From the NCBI GenBank assembly GCA_010015585.1, contig ML975182.1: a stretch of 64,000 bases of DNA; one strand, given 5' to 3'. This document shows, piece after piece, positions 1 through 13,400 of this stretch (positions are counted from its first letter, which is position 1; the number at the start of each line of letters is the position of its first letter). The translations under genes and the position numbers were made by a program. The notes beneath the pieces are model-generated. The model was not told the origin of the DNA. It saw only the letters and a program-made list of their open reading frames with translations, and searched no databases. Source of the stretch: Eremomyces bilateralis CBS 781.70. Taxonomy: Eukaryota.

Positions 1-363
1 ATTATACTCCGTACTTTTGAAGTTTTAAGCGATGAATCAAGCTACCATTGTTCTCCCATCCCATGATTTCACCACCAATTACTTACTCCGCCACGTTGGA
101 ACCGGTAAGGAGTAGGGAGTAAGGAGTATCAGTAAGGACTAAGGACTGAGGACGCTGAAGGACGCCAAAGGATCCATAGCATGGCGATTAGGGAGAGCTG
201 AGAATCATGGAAATTGGAAACTCGCCAAGCGATTGTGTTTTGGTGCATCAGCAGCAGCCAGTAATCAGCATTCGCCATTCAGCAAGGTTGGGACTCTGAG
301 AATGGAAAGCATCAGTTGTGGACTTGTGATTGTTATCATAGGCGGCTTAACTAGTCCTGTCAC

Positions 364-646
364 ACGCGGTGGACAGAAATACTCGCATTGTCGAGGTCCA
401 CCCGCGTCCACACAAAACCTGTAGGATTTAATGCATTCTACAAGTAATTAATACACATCATTTTAATATGACCCCATTCCGTGAAAACCCTCATAATCCA
501 TCCAAAACATGGCGTAAATCGACGTATTTCATTATATCTAGACTCATAATATGTGACTGTATAGATGGTGATTTGGTGAGGAAGATCCCTGTATGTATTG
601 GTGGTGAGTGCACTTCGGCAATGCGAGTATTTCTGTCCATCGCCTA
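364..646. mobile_element. Non-autonomous hAT-type MITE (~283 bp)
   Basis: Imperfect ~40-bp terminal inverted repeats (366-405 vs 604-643) with a perfect 21-bp core: tggacagaaatactcgcattg at 370-390 and its reverse complement at 619-639. Flanked by the identical 8-bp direct repeat cctgtcac (356-363 and 647-654). No coding capacity. Confidence 0.75.
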
Positions 647-1919
647 CCTGTCACTCACTCCTGCTGCTACCAACTTATCAGCTTCATGCTGTGTCCGCCT
701 GATAACCCAAGCTTTTGCAGTTTGTGACATTCAGCCATCGGCAGTTGGGCTTTGGCACATTGCCTCGTTGCCTTCCAGGGCTTCCTTGGCCAACAATTGT
801 ACGGATACGTTTGCCCTTTTTTGCTAGTAAAGGTGTATGGTGGCTCACAGTAATTAGCGCTGCCGTATTCATCACCGCCCTTCCCCACTGCCATCCAGAT
901 GGGCGCCGGGTGTAAACACGGCCACCACGCTGCTATTTTTTAAGTGTTAACTCGTCGCCCTCTTGAATTTCGTTGTCCAGTAATCCATAAGTTCCCCAGC
1001 TTATGGTGGTTTTATCAGTATAGCTTTCGCCATCTCCTGACCGGATTTGCCAAAGCCCCCAGAGGGGATCAACGCTGGCCATGGACTATCCGCTGCCAGG
1101 CAGCAAGTTTCTGCCTCAGGATTATCCAAATTGGTTCTTGCCTCTTACTCCTCTACCTCCAAGCTCCCCCCATTCATCGAGTGTTATCTCAATTGGGACT
1201 CAAACGGGATCTGCAAGATGCTTGTGGCGGTGCAGGCATCTTCAGATGCCCGTCTGAGGACCATCTGCAGCACTTTGGTGGGCGCCCCGGCGCGTAAGTA
1301 AAAAGAGCGGATTTGGCCCCTATGGCTCACCAAACCCCACCAAAATTGGCGACGGTCGTGACGTTGTCAGGTTGTTTCTGCTCCTTCTGGCGCAGCAGAT
1401 CCTGTTGTCTAATGCGTTCAATTGCCGCTGGAGTAAGGATGTTATGAATTCCAGGAGGTAGGAATGGCATGGACTCTATCCTATGCTCGAATTTGATTTT
1501 GTGTTTGGCAGGAGCGATCTGTGCTAAGCCTCCTGGTCATATAACCTGTGAAATACTCCTGGACTTTCTGTGTTATCCAAGGTAGGATAACCAAAAACTC
1601 TCTTTATGCTTGTAATACAGAATACTTTTTCTACAATGAAACTAAATAGCTGGCGGTCTAGATGCTGCCCAAGTGATTTGACCCGTCGCTATTACTGGAG
1701 CTCCGCATATACACCAACCGCGTCATGCAATCTTTCTGGTGATAGTATTCCTTTCGATCAAGCATACAGTCGATCTCCATACCCTCAATACTATCCAACA
1801 GGACCGCATCAGGAGTGACCAGAATGACCAAGCTGCCCTATATAACACCGACATAAACCCTCCAATCAAACAATCAGACCGAATTCGTCAACTACCCAAG
1901 CGCTCGGCCTTGTGTGAAT

Positions 1920-2403
1920 TCACCAGCGCCCTTCATGTCCAGTGTAAGGGAATGCAAGTCGAGCGATCATCTCTCCAACGTCGAAATTCATTCTCGTACT
2001 TCGGTGTTCGTCAGCCATGCCGAGTTCCCCAGGAGTCTACCCAGGTCCCAGGGTGCATATTACCTTGCAGCCTCCTCAGTGGCCAGACGGCGCAACGCAC
2101 CATCTCTCTCCGCCTCCGAAATGCGGCGGGACATTCTGGCTTCGCTATATAGTTGAAAGACATGTGATTCGAGCGCTTTGGCGCTTGCGACTAGGTCGAT
2201 ATAGGTCAGCCCGTTGTGGCTTGGTGACGGAAAGTCGGCTCACCGGTCATGCGGGAACGACGCGGGTCGACTTTCTGAAAGGAGTCCACATAGGCTTGGG
2301 ACCGCTGCCAAAGGCGGTATTTCTCCGCTTCAGATTGTCGCTGGGTAGTGACGAAGGTTTCCGCCTCTCCCACGGCTTGTGCTGCTCGAGATTCCCAAGG
2401 CAT
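1920..2403 (-). CDS. Small hypothetical protein, 3 exons (~125 aa)
   Basis: ATG at 2403 (MPWESRAAQ...). Two canonical introns (gtgagc...gctgac...ctag and gtaata...gctgac...gaag) join in frame to ...FPYTGHEGRW-TGA. No recognisable domain. Confidence 0.45.
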
Positions 2404-3528
2404 GCTAGGATGGTGAGGATAGGTTGGGGAGCATGGTCAGTGGGGGGTGTATTGGGACTTCTTATCGCCTAGAACGAAAGGTATATCCATGTGCTGGAGC
2501 CTAAAGATGAGGCTGGATCGATATGCAGTCGCCCAAGGGGAATCATCTTGGACGGCGAGGGATCCAAGTCCGTTGTTGTTTATTACCAAACCCAGGATGG
2601 CTGGCCGATTTCCTAGAGGACTTCGAGGGGTACAAAGCTGCTCACTGTGTAGATGCTGGTATACACTTGAGAGCAGGATTATCAGCATGATATTCCATCA
2701 GTCTTCAGAAACTAATCGCTAAGATATCCTCTACGAATAGACGAGACCTGTAGGCTGTACTCAAGCAATTACGGAATATCATAAATTCATAACCGAACAT
2801 AGGGTGAAAGGGGCAACATCCGATGAACTGAACGATGTCATAGCAACAAGCCTGGAAAAATACCAGTAGCGGTCCCGATCCCGTAAACAGCAATCCATCC
2901 GACAATCGACAATTGGTGGAGTTTAAAATCATCGAATTTATCCGACGTCTCCCATGCGTCAAGCTTCTCGTCTATAGGATGGCCTATGATCCGCCGTTAC
3001 CGCGCTGTCCACCGCATGTCAATACATGGGGCCGTCCTATTCGACCTACTGAGACCTAGGGCACCCAACGCGGCGGAATATCTCGCACAGATGGGAGAAG
3101 GTAAGGTACAGGACTGACGAGACACGCCGAGTCGCCTCATCGGTAGAGCGGGATGGATTACAAATATCCGATGGAAGCTTGGGGGGAGGGGGATTAGGTG
3201 GGGAGTTATGCATATGCGGGAGGGAGAATGGAATCCAAATAACTAAACGGCGTTTGAAGTCATGGACGGTTCATCAGCTCGGTGGATACGAGACGACATG
3301 GGCTGGCATATTCGCCTGCCAACAACCCGAACGTGGATACGTCAGAGGGAGAGTGTGGGGGCGGGGGATGATTTAAATGCATACCTATTCCGGTTCGGTT
3401 TTTCAACTTCCCTTCCCTTCTATACTATCTCTAAAGATTTAGAAACACTCAATTGAGACCTCCAGCTTCCAATTGCCCATTTCTCTCTTCCAAACCACCG
3501 AGCCTACCCCGCCACTGCTCCTCTCACC

Positions 3529-4719
3529 ATGCCTTACCCCGACACCGCAGAGGGCTTCCAAGTCCACGACACCAAGAACTGGAGCACCTTCAAGAAAGGC
3601 GAAGTAACCCTCCCCTCGTCATCTCCAACCCCATCCACTAACCCCCTTAGTTCAAACTCAAGCCCTTCGAAGCCCACGACGTCGACATCGCCATCGACGC
3701 CTGCGGCGTGTGCGGCTCCGACGTGCACACCATCACCGGCGGCTGGGGCGACGTGATTCTCCCCCTCGTCGTCGGCCACGAGGTGGTCGGCCGCGTCCTG
3801 CGCACCGGCCCCTCCGTCACGCACTGCGCCGTGGGCGACCGCGTCGGCGTGGGCGCGCAGGTGGGCGCGGACCTGACCTGCGACCTGTGCAAGGCGGACG
3901 CGGAGAACTACTGCCCGAACCAGATCGACACGTACGGGGCGGAGTATCCGGACGGGACGATCAGTCAAGGGGGGTATGCGAGCCATATCCGGGCGCATGA
4001 GTATTTCGTGTTTAAGATCCCGGAGGCGCTGGAGACGAGCTTGGCGGCGCCGATGTTGTGTGCGGGGATTACGGTGTTTAGTCCGTTGAAGCGGCTGGGG
4101 GCGGGGCCAGGAAAGCGGATTGGTGTGGTGGGGATGTGAGTGTTTCCGTCGTTAATGAGGAATTGAGGATGAAGTACTGACTACGTGATACAGCGGCGGT
4201 CTGGGCCACTTCGCCGTCCTCTTCGCCAAAGCCCTCGGCGCTGAAGTCTACGCGCTCTCGCACTCCCCCTCGAAAAAGGACGACGCCCTCAAGCTCGGCG
4301 CGACCGGCTTCATCACCACCAACACCGACGACTGGGCCGATCCATGGAAATACAAATTCGACATGCTCCTCAACACAGCCAACGCGACCGATAAGTTCAA
4401 CCTGCCCGCCTACTTCTCCACCCTCAAGCCGCACGGCGTGTTCCACAACGTCGGGATGCCCGAGGAGCCGCTGCACGAGCTGCGGTTCCAGGATTTCGTG
4501 ACGACCGGCTGCTATATGGGGACGAGCCACATCGGGAACCGGCCGGAGATGCTGGAGATGTTGGACCTGGCGGCGAAGGCGGGGGTGAAGAGTTGGGTGG
4601 AGACGATCGATGTAGGGGAGGCGGGGTGTAAGGAGGCGGTGGAGCGGGTGAAGAATAACAAGGTGCGGTATCGGTTTACGTTGGTGAATTATGATAAGGC
4701 ATTTGGGAAGCGGGAGTAG
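3529..4719 (+). CDS. ADH6: NADPH-dependent Zn-binding medium-chain alcohol dehydrogenase (cinnamyl-ADH / Adh6-Adh7 family)
   Basis: Introns at 3604-3650 and 4136-4193. Motifs CGVCGSDVH, GHEVVG, CDLC...C, APMLCAGITVFSPL, GIGGLGH and C-terminal VRYRFTL. Confidence 0.93.
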
Positions 4720-5702
4720 AGAGGGTTGGTTACGCGACGCAGGATCGGGGACGTAAAAGCTTTGTGATAGGAATCTAAGCAAAATAGACGCTCCATAAAT
4801 GGAGTCGATAGTTGCACATGCACGTGTCTCAGCGCCATCGATTTCGAATCATTTGCGTTGCCATCTACCTACAACACTCTAAACATCTCAGGGGCAAGCC
4901 ACCTCAGCCGTGTTCCCATCCGATCGTCTCGCATCACCCTCTCCAGGAACAATTCCTACCGTCCATCCATCAAGCAAGAAACGACATAACAGCACGGCGT
5001 ATCTGAGATACCCCGACAACAAACGACTCAGCCACTCCGCAGAATGCCGTGCGCCGATATGCAAACCCCCGAAACCAGCAACCCTCGGAAAAAAAAACCC
5101 CATCCAGAACACCGATCCCCCTGTGATGTATCCGCAACCGTCCAACCTCCGAACTCGCGGTTCAAAACGCCAGGTCATACTGCAAACGATCGCTTGGAGC
5201 GGTGGGATTAGGCGCTGTGGTTCGTTCGTCGAGGGAAGTGGACCAGGGGGGAAAGGAAAGAAGAAGGAAATGCAGGGATGCTTTCGCGGTGCGATGTGAT
5301 GTTTCGGTTCTATTGTGGCCGTGGTCTATCCCGATCCAGGGCGTATGCAAAGGGAAAAAAGAGGAAACGAAGAGCAGGCGAAGAGAGAAGTTCGGACGCC
5401 GGCGTCGAGACTGATGGAAGAATCGAAGAATCGTTGGAAGGCCTCCGATGGGGGAACCCCTAAAAGGGAAAGGAAAGCAAGGTAATGCGTGGTGCAAAGT
5501 CTATATACACATCGAAACGGGCCGAATCCGCGCTATGCAGGAAGGACAAAGAACAGAATGTGGAAACATGTCTCGGTGGTGTGGGTCATGAAACAGGTGG
5601 AGGTCATGAGAATGGGTCGGTGGGTGTTATTAGAAGAGGTTCGTCGCGGGCGGGGGAAACGTCGAGAGTCGGGTCGAGGGGATCGTGAAGGAAGAGGTGA
5701 GC

Positions 5703-7887
5703 TCATGAACAGCCGTGGACGAGCGAGTTCTTCGGCCATCCGTACCCGGTATCCTCCCACATGGTTATATTCGGATTCCGATACGAGATCGGATGGTCCT
5801 CAATATACTGCGTAGTCGGATACCCCGGCGGATCGCAGGTCGTCGATTCCTTCCCCTCATCCTGATAGATCCGTACGTAATCCACGCGCATCGTCGCCGG
5901 CATCAACGTCGCCAGCCCCGTCAAATTCAACGACGCGAACCCCTCCGACATGCCGAAGTTGATCACCATGGCCAACGGCTCCGTGGGGATAGGCCGCTGG
6001 CCGACGTTGCCGTTCTGCCGCACCGCCTTGCTGTCGACGGTCCAGGTTTTCTGGTCGCCGATGTACCAGGTGACGTAGCCTTCGGCGCCCGGGTCGTATT
6101 CGAAGGCGTAGGATTGGTAGGATTTGCCGTCATACCAGTCGTTGTTGAGGTTGGAGACGCCGGAGATGGCTTGTTGGTACACACCTCCGGCGTAGCCGTT
6201 GACTTCGGTGACGCGGTGGTCGTAGATTTCTGTGTAGTCTGCGGGAGGGTCAGCGATGTTTCGGAAAGAACGAGGGGTAAAACTCACCATAGTCAGGCTG
6301 CCAGAAGATGTCGAACGGAGCGACCTGCAAACTCTGCGACACGCTCCCCACTCCCTCGCCCGTATTCAGAAATGACACCGACGCTTCGATCACGTCGATT
6401 TCCGGGGCGCTGCGCGATTTTCCTGGGTTCGGATGATCCTCGCCCTTGCACGGACACGCGGGAAGTTTCATCCCGGGCAGCGAACTCAGGCCATCGACCT
6501 GGCTCTGATTCGCGGTGATGCCAGCGTCACATTCGTCGTGATAGCTGAACGGCCACATGCCCTCGGTGGACGAGGCGTAGCCCGGACGGCCCAGGTTGCC
6601 CATAGCCCAGAAGCCGGGCCAGAAGCCGATGGTGTCGCCGCGGCCGGGGAGGGAGATGCTGGCTTCGAGGGTGCCGCCTGTGAAGCAGAATTGGTTCCAG
6701 GATTGGAGCATGGCGGAGCGGTAGTTGAGGCCGTGGTTTTGGAAGGCATCGAATTGGATGTTGAGGGTGCCATCTTTGGTGGTGGCGGCGTCAGGGTCGT
6801 ACCACTGGAGATGTCAGATCGCGGTGATAGTTGGAGAATCATGCGTTGTTACCTCTAAGTCTCGCGTCACACCGTACCAAATGTCGACGGCCGTCCAGTA
6901 TGCGTCATCGCCTTCGTAGAACGTCCGTCCATCAACGTTGAACTCGTCGGAGAACTGGGAATGTGAGCTTCATCCGGAGGCCTGGGACCACAAAACTTAC
7001 CACCAAATTCTGCTTCACACCCTTCGCGGTCGTCCGTGTCTTGACCGAGTCCGGCGTATCCGGATCAATCAAGCCCGTCCGGATGTTCTTCATTTTCGGA
7101 ACGTCACCGACATCCAGGCACATCGGATTATTCGTGCACCCGTCATCCTTCAGCTCCAGCGCGCTGCGAACGAACGTCCTGCCATGCCATTAGCGTATAT
7201 CCCCCAACGACACCCGCGCCGACATCGCCGGACAAGAACCACATACAAGATCGGATACCCGATGAACAGGAACAAGATCCCCAGCGTAATCAACGCCAAC
7301 CCCCCAATATTCACAAACCCTCTCCGCGTGAAGATGTTGCACTCCCGATTCTCGTCCTCGGGTCCCGGATTATGCAGGTAGTCATCCTTCTCCACATCCT
7401 CCGGATACAGCAACAGCCCCGCGGACGGCTGGATGTTAAACTTCTCCGACACGGTCTGCGTGTTGAGTCCCTCGTCCTCGCTGTCGGCCCGCGACGGCGC
7501 GCGCGAGTCGTCGTACGGCGATGCGAACGGGTTCATCCGACTGTCGCTGCTCGCCTCGGAGCTCCAGCTGGAGCGGCGCGACGCGGACAGCGGCGAGGGG
7601 GGGTGCATGGGGGGGTCATCGTCGCGGAAGCGCTGGCGGCGGGGGGAGGGGCGGGAGGGGGGGAGGAGGAGCTCTGAGGAATCGGCAGCGGCAGGGGCGA
7701 AAGTGGTATTAAGGGGGGGAGGGCGGTAGGATTGGGGAGTAGTGAGGGAGCGGGCAGATTGAGGGCCGGTTCTGGAGGGGCGAGATTGGAGGTCGTTGGT
7801 GATGAGGTCGAGGTCTTCTTGGGCGGAGTTGAGGCGGATGTGGGGTGGTGGGTTGCCGCGGGGGGGAGAGATGTTAGAGGAGTACAT
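5703..7887 (-). CDS. KRE6: Beta-1,6-glucan synthesis-associated GH16 protein (KRE6/SKN1 family)
   Basis: Multi-exon. Low-complexity N-terminus, EKDDYLHNP, one TM helix (LGILFLFIGYPIL), LIDPDTP, FSDEF, SAMLQSWNQFCFTGG, RSAPEIDVIEA, MRVDYVRIYQ, CDPPGYPT. Confidence 0.95.
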
Positions 7888-9654
7888 GGTGGTGGTAGTG
7901 GTGGTGGTGGGAGGAGGGTGAGGGATGGAAGGAGGTGAGGGAAGAGAGTTTGTTCTTCACGAGAACGACTCCCTCCCCAAGACCGGTCGATTAGATTCGG
8001 TCTGTGGTCGTAGGAGAAATTTGAAGAGGTCGACGGTTAGGAGACGAGGATGCCGCCTGGAGCGAGAGCAAACGTAGGTCGATAAACGATTTGTTCTAGG
8101 TCAACAGTGAAGTGATCGCTTTGAGAATGTCGAAAAAGGAGGGTCCGAGATGGAGAATCGACGTTCAATCGGTGGAGAGTGTAGGCAAACGAGGAATAAG
8201 ATATTGGATCTAGGAAACGAATGTGGAAACAAAGTCGAGTGCGATGTTTGTAGACAAGATTTGGATGATGTTCGTTGTGTGTTTGTCGTCGGTGTGGAAA
8301 GGGAAAGGGAGAGATGCAGAGTTGGAGGCCCGATGCCGAGTTGGATGCAGCTAAAACCAGGAACAACGCCACTGAACAACGGCGTTCCCGGGGGTGCTGC
8401 GATCCGATGCGTGTGATCGGGACTCAACTGTCAGGTACTTAGGGACGAGTGAGCACTACGGGAGTGAGACGTCAGATGCGACAGCGGGAACAAACCATGA
8501 ATAATACGTAGAGGATTATGCAACCAGGAGAAAGTCACGATATCTCGTGGAGATTGAGTTCACACACGATCTTGTCTGGTAAATCAATCAATCTGGCAGG
8601 ATCTGGGACTGGGATGATTTAGTGACACTCGCTTGACCCAAGAGGCGTCCCGCCTCTCCCTTGTCCTCCCTGAACTCCCTCATCTCCTCCCAACTTCATC
8701 TTCGTTTCGGCGCCTTCTAGGCCTTTCCGGGCCTTGACCCTCCAAACTCGGCGGCTCCTGGGCACCTGGTTGGCTGTCCCAACGTTGTAGGCTACCCCCC
8801 ATCCATCCATTGGACCAACGGGAGACGGCACACCCGCTAGCCTGCTACGCGCAATTCCGCCTCACAGCCTCCTTTTTTCTCCAATGGCTCCACTGCGCAA
8901 TCTTGAATCAGGAATCTTCCCTGTCACCGGATGAACCGCCCGTCGTCATCTTGTCTTTGTCTTTTGTCTTTTTTTGCCATCGTCTAGGACGTCTGGGAGA
9001 CTCGCAGAGTGGATGATCCTGGGCAGGTAGCTTGGACGGCGTCATTGTGCTTCGTGAAAGTCCGAAACTGGCGAAACATCGTCGCATGATTACAATAAGG
9101 TTTGCCACACTGCACTGGCAGGCGGTCGAGAGCTTGGCGTTTTGGTCGATTCCAAAAGTCGTGAGTTGGAAATGAGAGGGCCCATAGAAGAGAGATTGGC
9201 AGGATGTTGCCATTCTGGGCGGAGGATTCAGATCGTGGTTCATGTTTCAGGTCGCATAGGGGAATATCATCTCGGCACCATGACCGTTCGTCTTTAAAAC
9301 CGCTGGGTCTCTCATTCATTCAAATTCCGACATGATCGATATATCTACAGACTCGGGATATCTACGATGATGGTATACCTCGTATACAGCAGAGCCTGAA
9401 CCTGGCACCTGCAGAGCGAATTGCGAATACGGACGGGAGGATCCCTTGACCCCTGGTTACCTGGATGGTCCCGCACACGTGACACGGCATCCAAAGTCTT
9501 GGCATCATTTCGCAAGAATGCTGTGCACAGTATACATTGCACTTCATCCACCCAGCGATAACGAGGACGTCCAGTGACCACACGAACAATCATAATAGAT
9601 CCGCCACATACCACAGTTGAGTTAACCAGCAGTATACACACCAACCCCATCCCC

Positions 9655-10435
9655 TTATGTCTCAACCCCCACCGCCCTCAACCCCACCACCTTCCCACCC
9701 TCCCCATCCCACCCTACCACAAAATACTCCGCCCTCCTCCCTCCCGCATCCATCTCTGCCCGAAAGATCTTGATCTCTGCTCCGCTGCCGGCCGCTTGCT
9801 GCACCGCGTCGAACACCGGCGCGTACTGGTTCGTGGGGTCGAATTCGGCGCGCGTAAGGGCAGTGGTGGTGGGGTTGTCGATGAGGGTGGCGAAGGAGGC
9901 TAGGATGGGATTAGTGAGGTTTGGAAGAGGGATGAGAGGATGCTGGGGAGACGGGTAGAAACGAGGAGAGTAGAGTGATCGATCGAACCACCCATGCGAA
10001 GTAGGGGTATCTCCCAGAGCAAAGGGCAGTATAAGTAATAGTAGCATCGCAAGGCATCAAATCACGTCACCCACCTTCATCCAACCCCCCCTTCCCATCC
10101 CACACCAATGCCACCACCTCCCACGGCTCGTCCGCCTCCGACGTATACCACAGCCCTTCTGCCCGTTGTGCCAACCCCTGCGGCACCTCCGCCGTCACTG
10201 CCTGTGTTTTCTTGCTCGAGGTTGAGGTTGAGGTTGTTGTTGCTCCGGTCGGCGCGGAGACGTCGCGGTTTGCGTGGTCGAGGAAGGATTCGTAAGACAT
10301 GGTGCGGATGGGGGGGTGTGTGAAGGTGAGGATGGGGGGGTGGAGGGTGGGAAGGGGTTGGATGGTGCGGAGGGTTCGCGAGATGGTGGGTGGTGGACGG
10401 AGGGCGTTTGTGGAAGCGGAGAGGAGGCGTTTCAT
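9655..10435 (-). CDS. NuiA (nuclease A inhibitor)-like fungal protein with optional N-terminal extension
   Basis: Exon 1 10435-10075, intron 10074-9900, exon 2 9899-9655. GLWYTSEADEPWEVV and C-terminal EYFVVG...VVGLRAVGVET resemble NuiA motifs (SE.D.P and terminal VET). Second in-frame ATG at 10300 (MSYESFLDHAN). Confidence 0.8.
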
Positions 10436-13400
10436 GGAAGGGGGCCTGGAGGTGTATGTGGGTAGATCGAGGCAATGATTCAGAAACTTGATTTGGACGA
10501 TTAATTATAGGAAAATAGAGGTTGCTGGAATAACTTGGTATGTGTTGAGGATGGTTAGGAGGCGTGGGAGGTAGTGATGGGTGGTAGTGAGGTTCCCGTG
10601 GTGGTCAGATGTCTTAGCTTTAGATCATGACGTCTGCTTGTTGCTTGTCGATCGGGCTTTGCCAACTACAACCTCATCGGTCAGGGGGCCAGATCTCAAC
10701 TCCTTGTAGCAAGTCCGAGTTTTCCGATTCTTTCGGTTTATCGATGCATTGGCCAAGTCTAGAAAGGAATGTTCTTTATTTCGTTGCGTTTGATTCTTCT
10801 AAGTCAATGTTGTCCCTATCGTTCCACTCGCTGTGCTACGCCTACACGGTGTTAACATGACGAGCAACATATCGCGCAGCTCTTCATCGTCCATCCGATT
10901 TTTAATAATAATACAGTACTCTCTCTCATCTCTTCGCTCAACGAATGGCTACTCTACACACTCCTACATTCTTTAAACCCCTCGCAATTCCCCTCAACTC
11001 CAACGCGTCACAACCCCTAAAACCAGCACCGATGCGACTGTACCACCTGAAAGTCCAGGCATCTTGTCAATCCATACCCTCTATCTCCATTCCACACCGG
11101 TTCAAGGACCCCACGACCAGCGACTCCCCATCCCTGACTGCCCGTTGCCGTGCCTCTTAGGGGACGGTCGCACTGCAGAGAGGGGCGGAGGTGTTGGTCG
11201 TGCGATGCGGGTGGGTGCTGGGCTGGGTGCTGGGTACTAGATGGAAGGGAAGTGCGGAGATGTAGGGTGTGGTAGGGATTGGTTGGGTCGAGGGAAGGGA
11301 GAGCTGGTAGGTAAGTGCACTGGATGAGTGAGGAGTCTTTTTCAATAATCAGATGTTCATCGACGCGCTGTTTGGATGGGATGCCGTTCCTCGTTGTACG
11401 GAATGGAACAGGCGTTGGGATTCTTGTTCGAGAACCCGGATATCCGTCTCGCGCGTCATGTGGCTGCGTATTCCATTCGTCGCTATCTAATATGCGGAAT
11501 GATATACTTCCCGCTTGCTCTCCTTCCTCCGATATTCGACTGGTTTTGCAGCTCGTGGAGGGAACGACCGGCGCAGCACATAGACATTGTGGAGCATGCG
11601 ATACATCCATCGTCAACTGTCAGGATATAACTTCGCCATTCGTCTGGCTTGGGGACGGAAAGTTCTATACCACCATTCGTCTCATCTCGATACGCCACGC
11701 GATGTCTGGAAGTGCCGTCGACGAACCCTGATTGGCGAGGATAGGAGACTTGATGGGGCAGAACTGTTGGAGGTCCCTCACGCTGCGAGCATAAGCTAGA
11801 TCGATTGGCTCCAACACCATTTTTTGCACTTCGATAGAAATCGGATACGCTTCGGTCACCAGCATCGTCATAGCTGTCCGATCCGCCCAGATGTAGTCGA
11901 GGGAAATGGAGCTCGATGCGGCGGGGACCGCGGGCGTCGGAGATGCCAAAGCCTCGATTATGATATCGATTCAATACTGCTACTTCATCTATCGTCAGAC
12001 ACCAAGGAATCAGATCGAATTGTAGCCGACCAATTTCTACTAGCATACATGCCATTCCCCGAGAAATAACGTCCTCCGCCCTAAATACTCCTTTACGACC
12101 TATAGATCAATAGTTCACCCAACCAGGGACCCCATCATCCCCACATGCCCAATATCCGTTCAATTTATAACCCCATTTCCTATCGCGCTCCCTACCGCGG
12201 ATTGCCCCCGGCTCATGACCGCCCACGACGCTCGGCCCATCTCCAAGCCCACCACCACAATATATACCAGCTCCCTTCCCGAATTGCAATTCCCGCTCCG
12301 CTGGGCTGAGAGGACTTGGGAGAGGCGGGGACGTAGAGGCGATGGGAAATCATGTATCTTGGCGATTCATTTATGGAGATTGCGAGGGGATCAGCCGCGG
12401 GACGTATGGGCGGGGATGGGCGATATTGGGTCGGGTGTGGGTTTAACTTTTATAGTTTACTGGGTGGGATGCTGGGGGGCGGAGGATAGGGTCGGGGTTT
12501 CGGGGGTGGTTAGATCTGAGGGGCTGGCAAGTTGTGGTTCGCTGTCGATAATATACATAATAGTATATACATGCGCCAAATTTCGCGACCCTTGGAGTCG
12601 AGGCGGGGGAGCGTTGGTGCAGGTTGAAATAGACGGTCATATCGCTGATTGGTATTGTCGACTTGAACAATTGGTCACATCGGAGAGAGAGAGGGAGTTG
12701 GTTCCGGCTGGCGAGTGGACTCGTTGCGATCTAGACGATGCGACGCAGAATGCTGTGGCTGCTCAACTTCGAAGTTCTGTGAAACGTGGTGGATGGATAT
12801 ATCCTGAGCTAGTATTCGAGATGGCTGAAACCTTTCGCTTTGGTACAGATAGCGGGCTTAGGAGGCAGCGTTCAAATACGGAACATGAAGGCTGATGGTT
12901 GTACCGAATGTCAGGTAGGCTGACCGCCGACTGTAGTGGTCAATTTGACATTCCTTGGTCCTGGTGTTTTGGACCACGATATTAGGAGGCTGGACTGGAT
13001 GCAGGTGAGATTTGACGCCAGGCTGAGATTGATAGGGACAGCCTGACAGCCTGAACCTGATTGACATTTGACACAACAGACACGTTGTTTCCCCCAGCGC
13101 GATTGGTGTTCCTTTCCTTCCCGCACCCAATGCAATCGACCAGGGGATGCGACCAGGGGATGGCATCACGACCGCCCACTCACTGCAGCGTTTTAGCGCC
13201 CCCCACCCAGTATCCTCCTCGCACGCGCTGCTTTTGCTGTGGGCAATCCTGTCGGCTGTCAGGTGTGTGCCAACTGCCAGGCGTCTGGTGGGTGTGCAGC
13301 AAGTAGCACAGGCAGCGGTGCACTGCGCAGTACATGTACAGGAGGTCTCACTGGTATGAGAATGAGAAACACCGAACCGCTGATCCCCCTTCCCAAGCAA

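Noticed and set aside
660..1400. Short ORFs on both strands next to the MITE
   Set aside because: No recognisable motifs or consistent splice model. Possibly decayed repeat DNA, but unsupported.
3534..7729. Long antisense ORFs over ADH and KRE6 (e.g. 4078-4782, 5715-6518)
   Set aside because: Shadow frames caused by high GC3 codon bias of the real genes.
9900..10074. 175-nt intron in the NuiA-like gene as a possible snoRNA host
   Set aside because: No C/D or H/ACA box arrangement found by eye.
11600..12560. Protein-like fragments on the minus strand (VVKEYLGRRTLFLGEW, SISLDYIWADRTAM)
   Set aside because: Could not join them into a stop-free spliced model, and no family was recognised.
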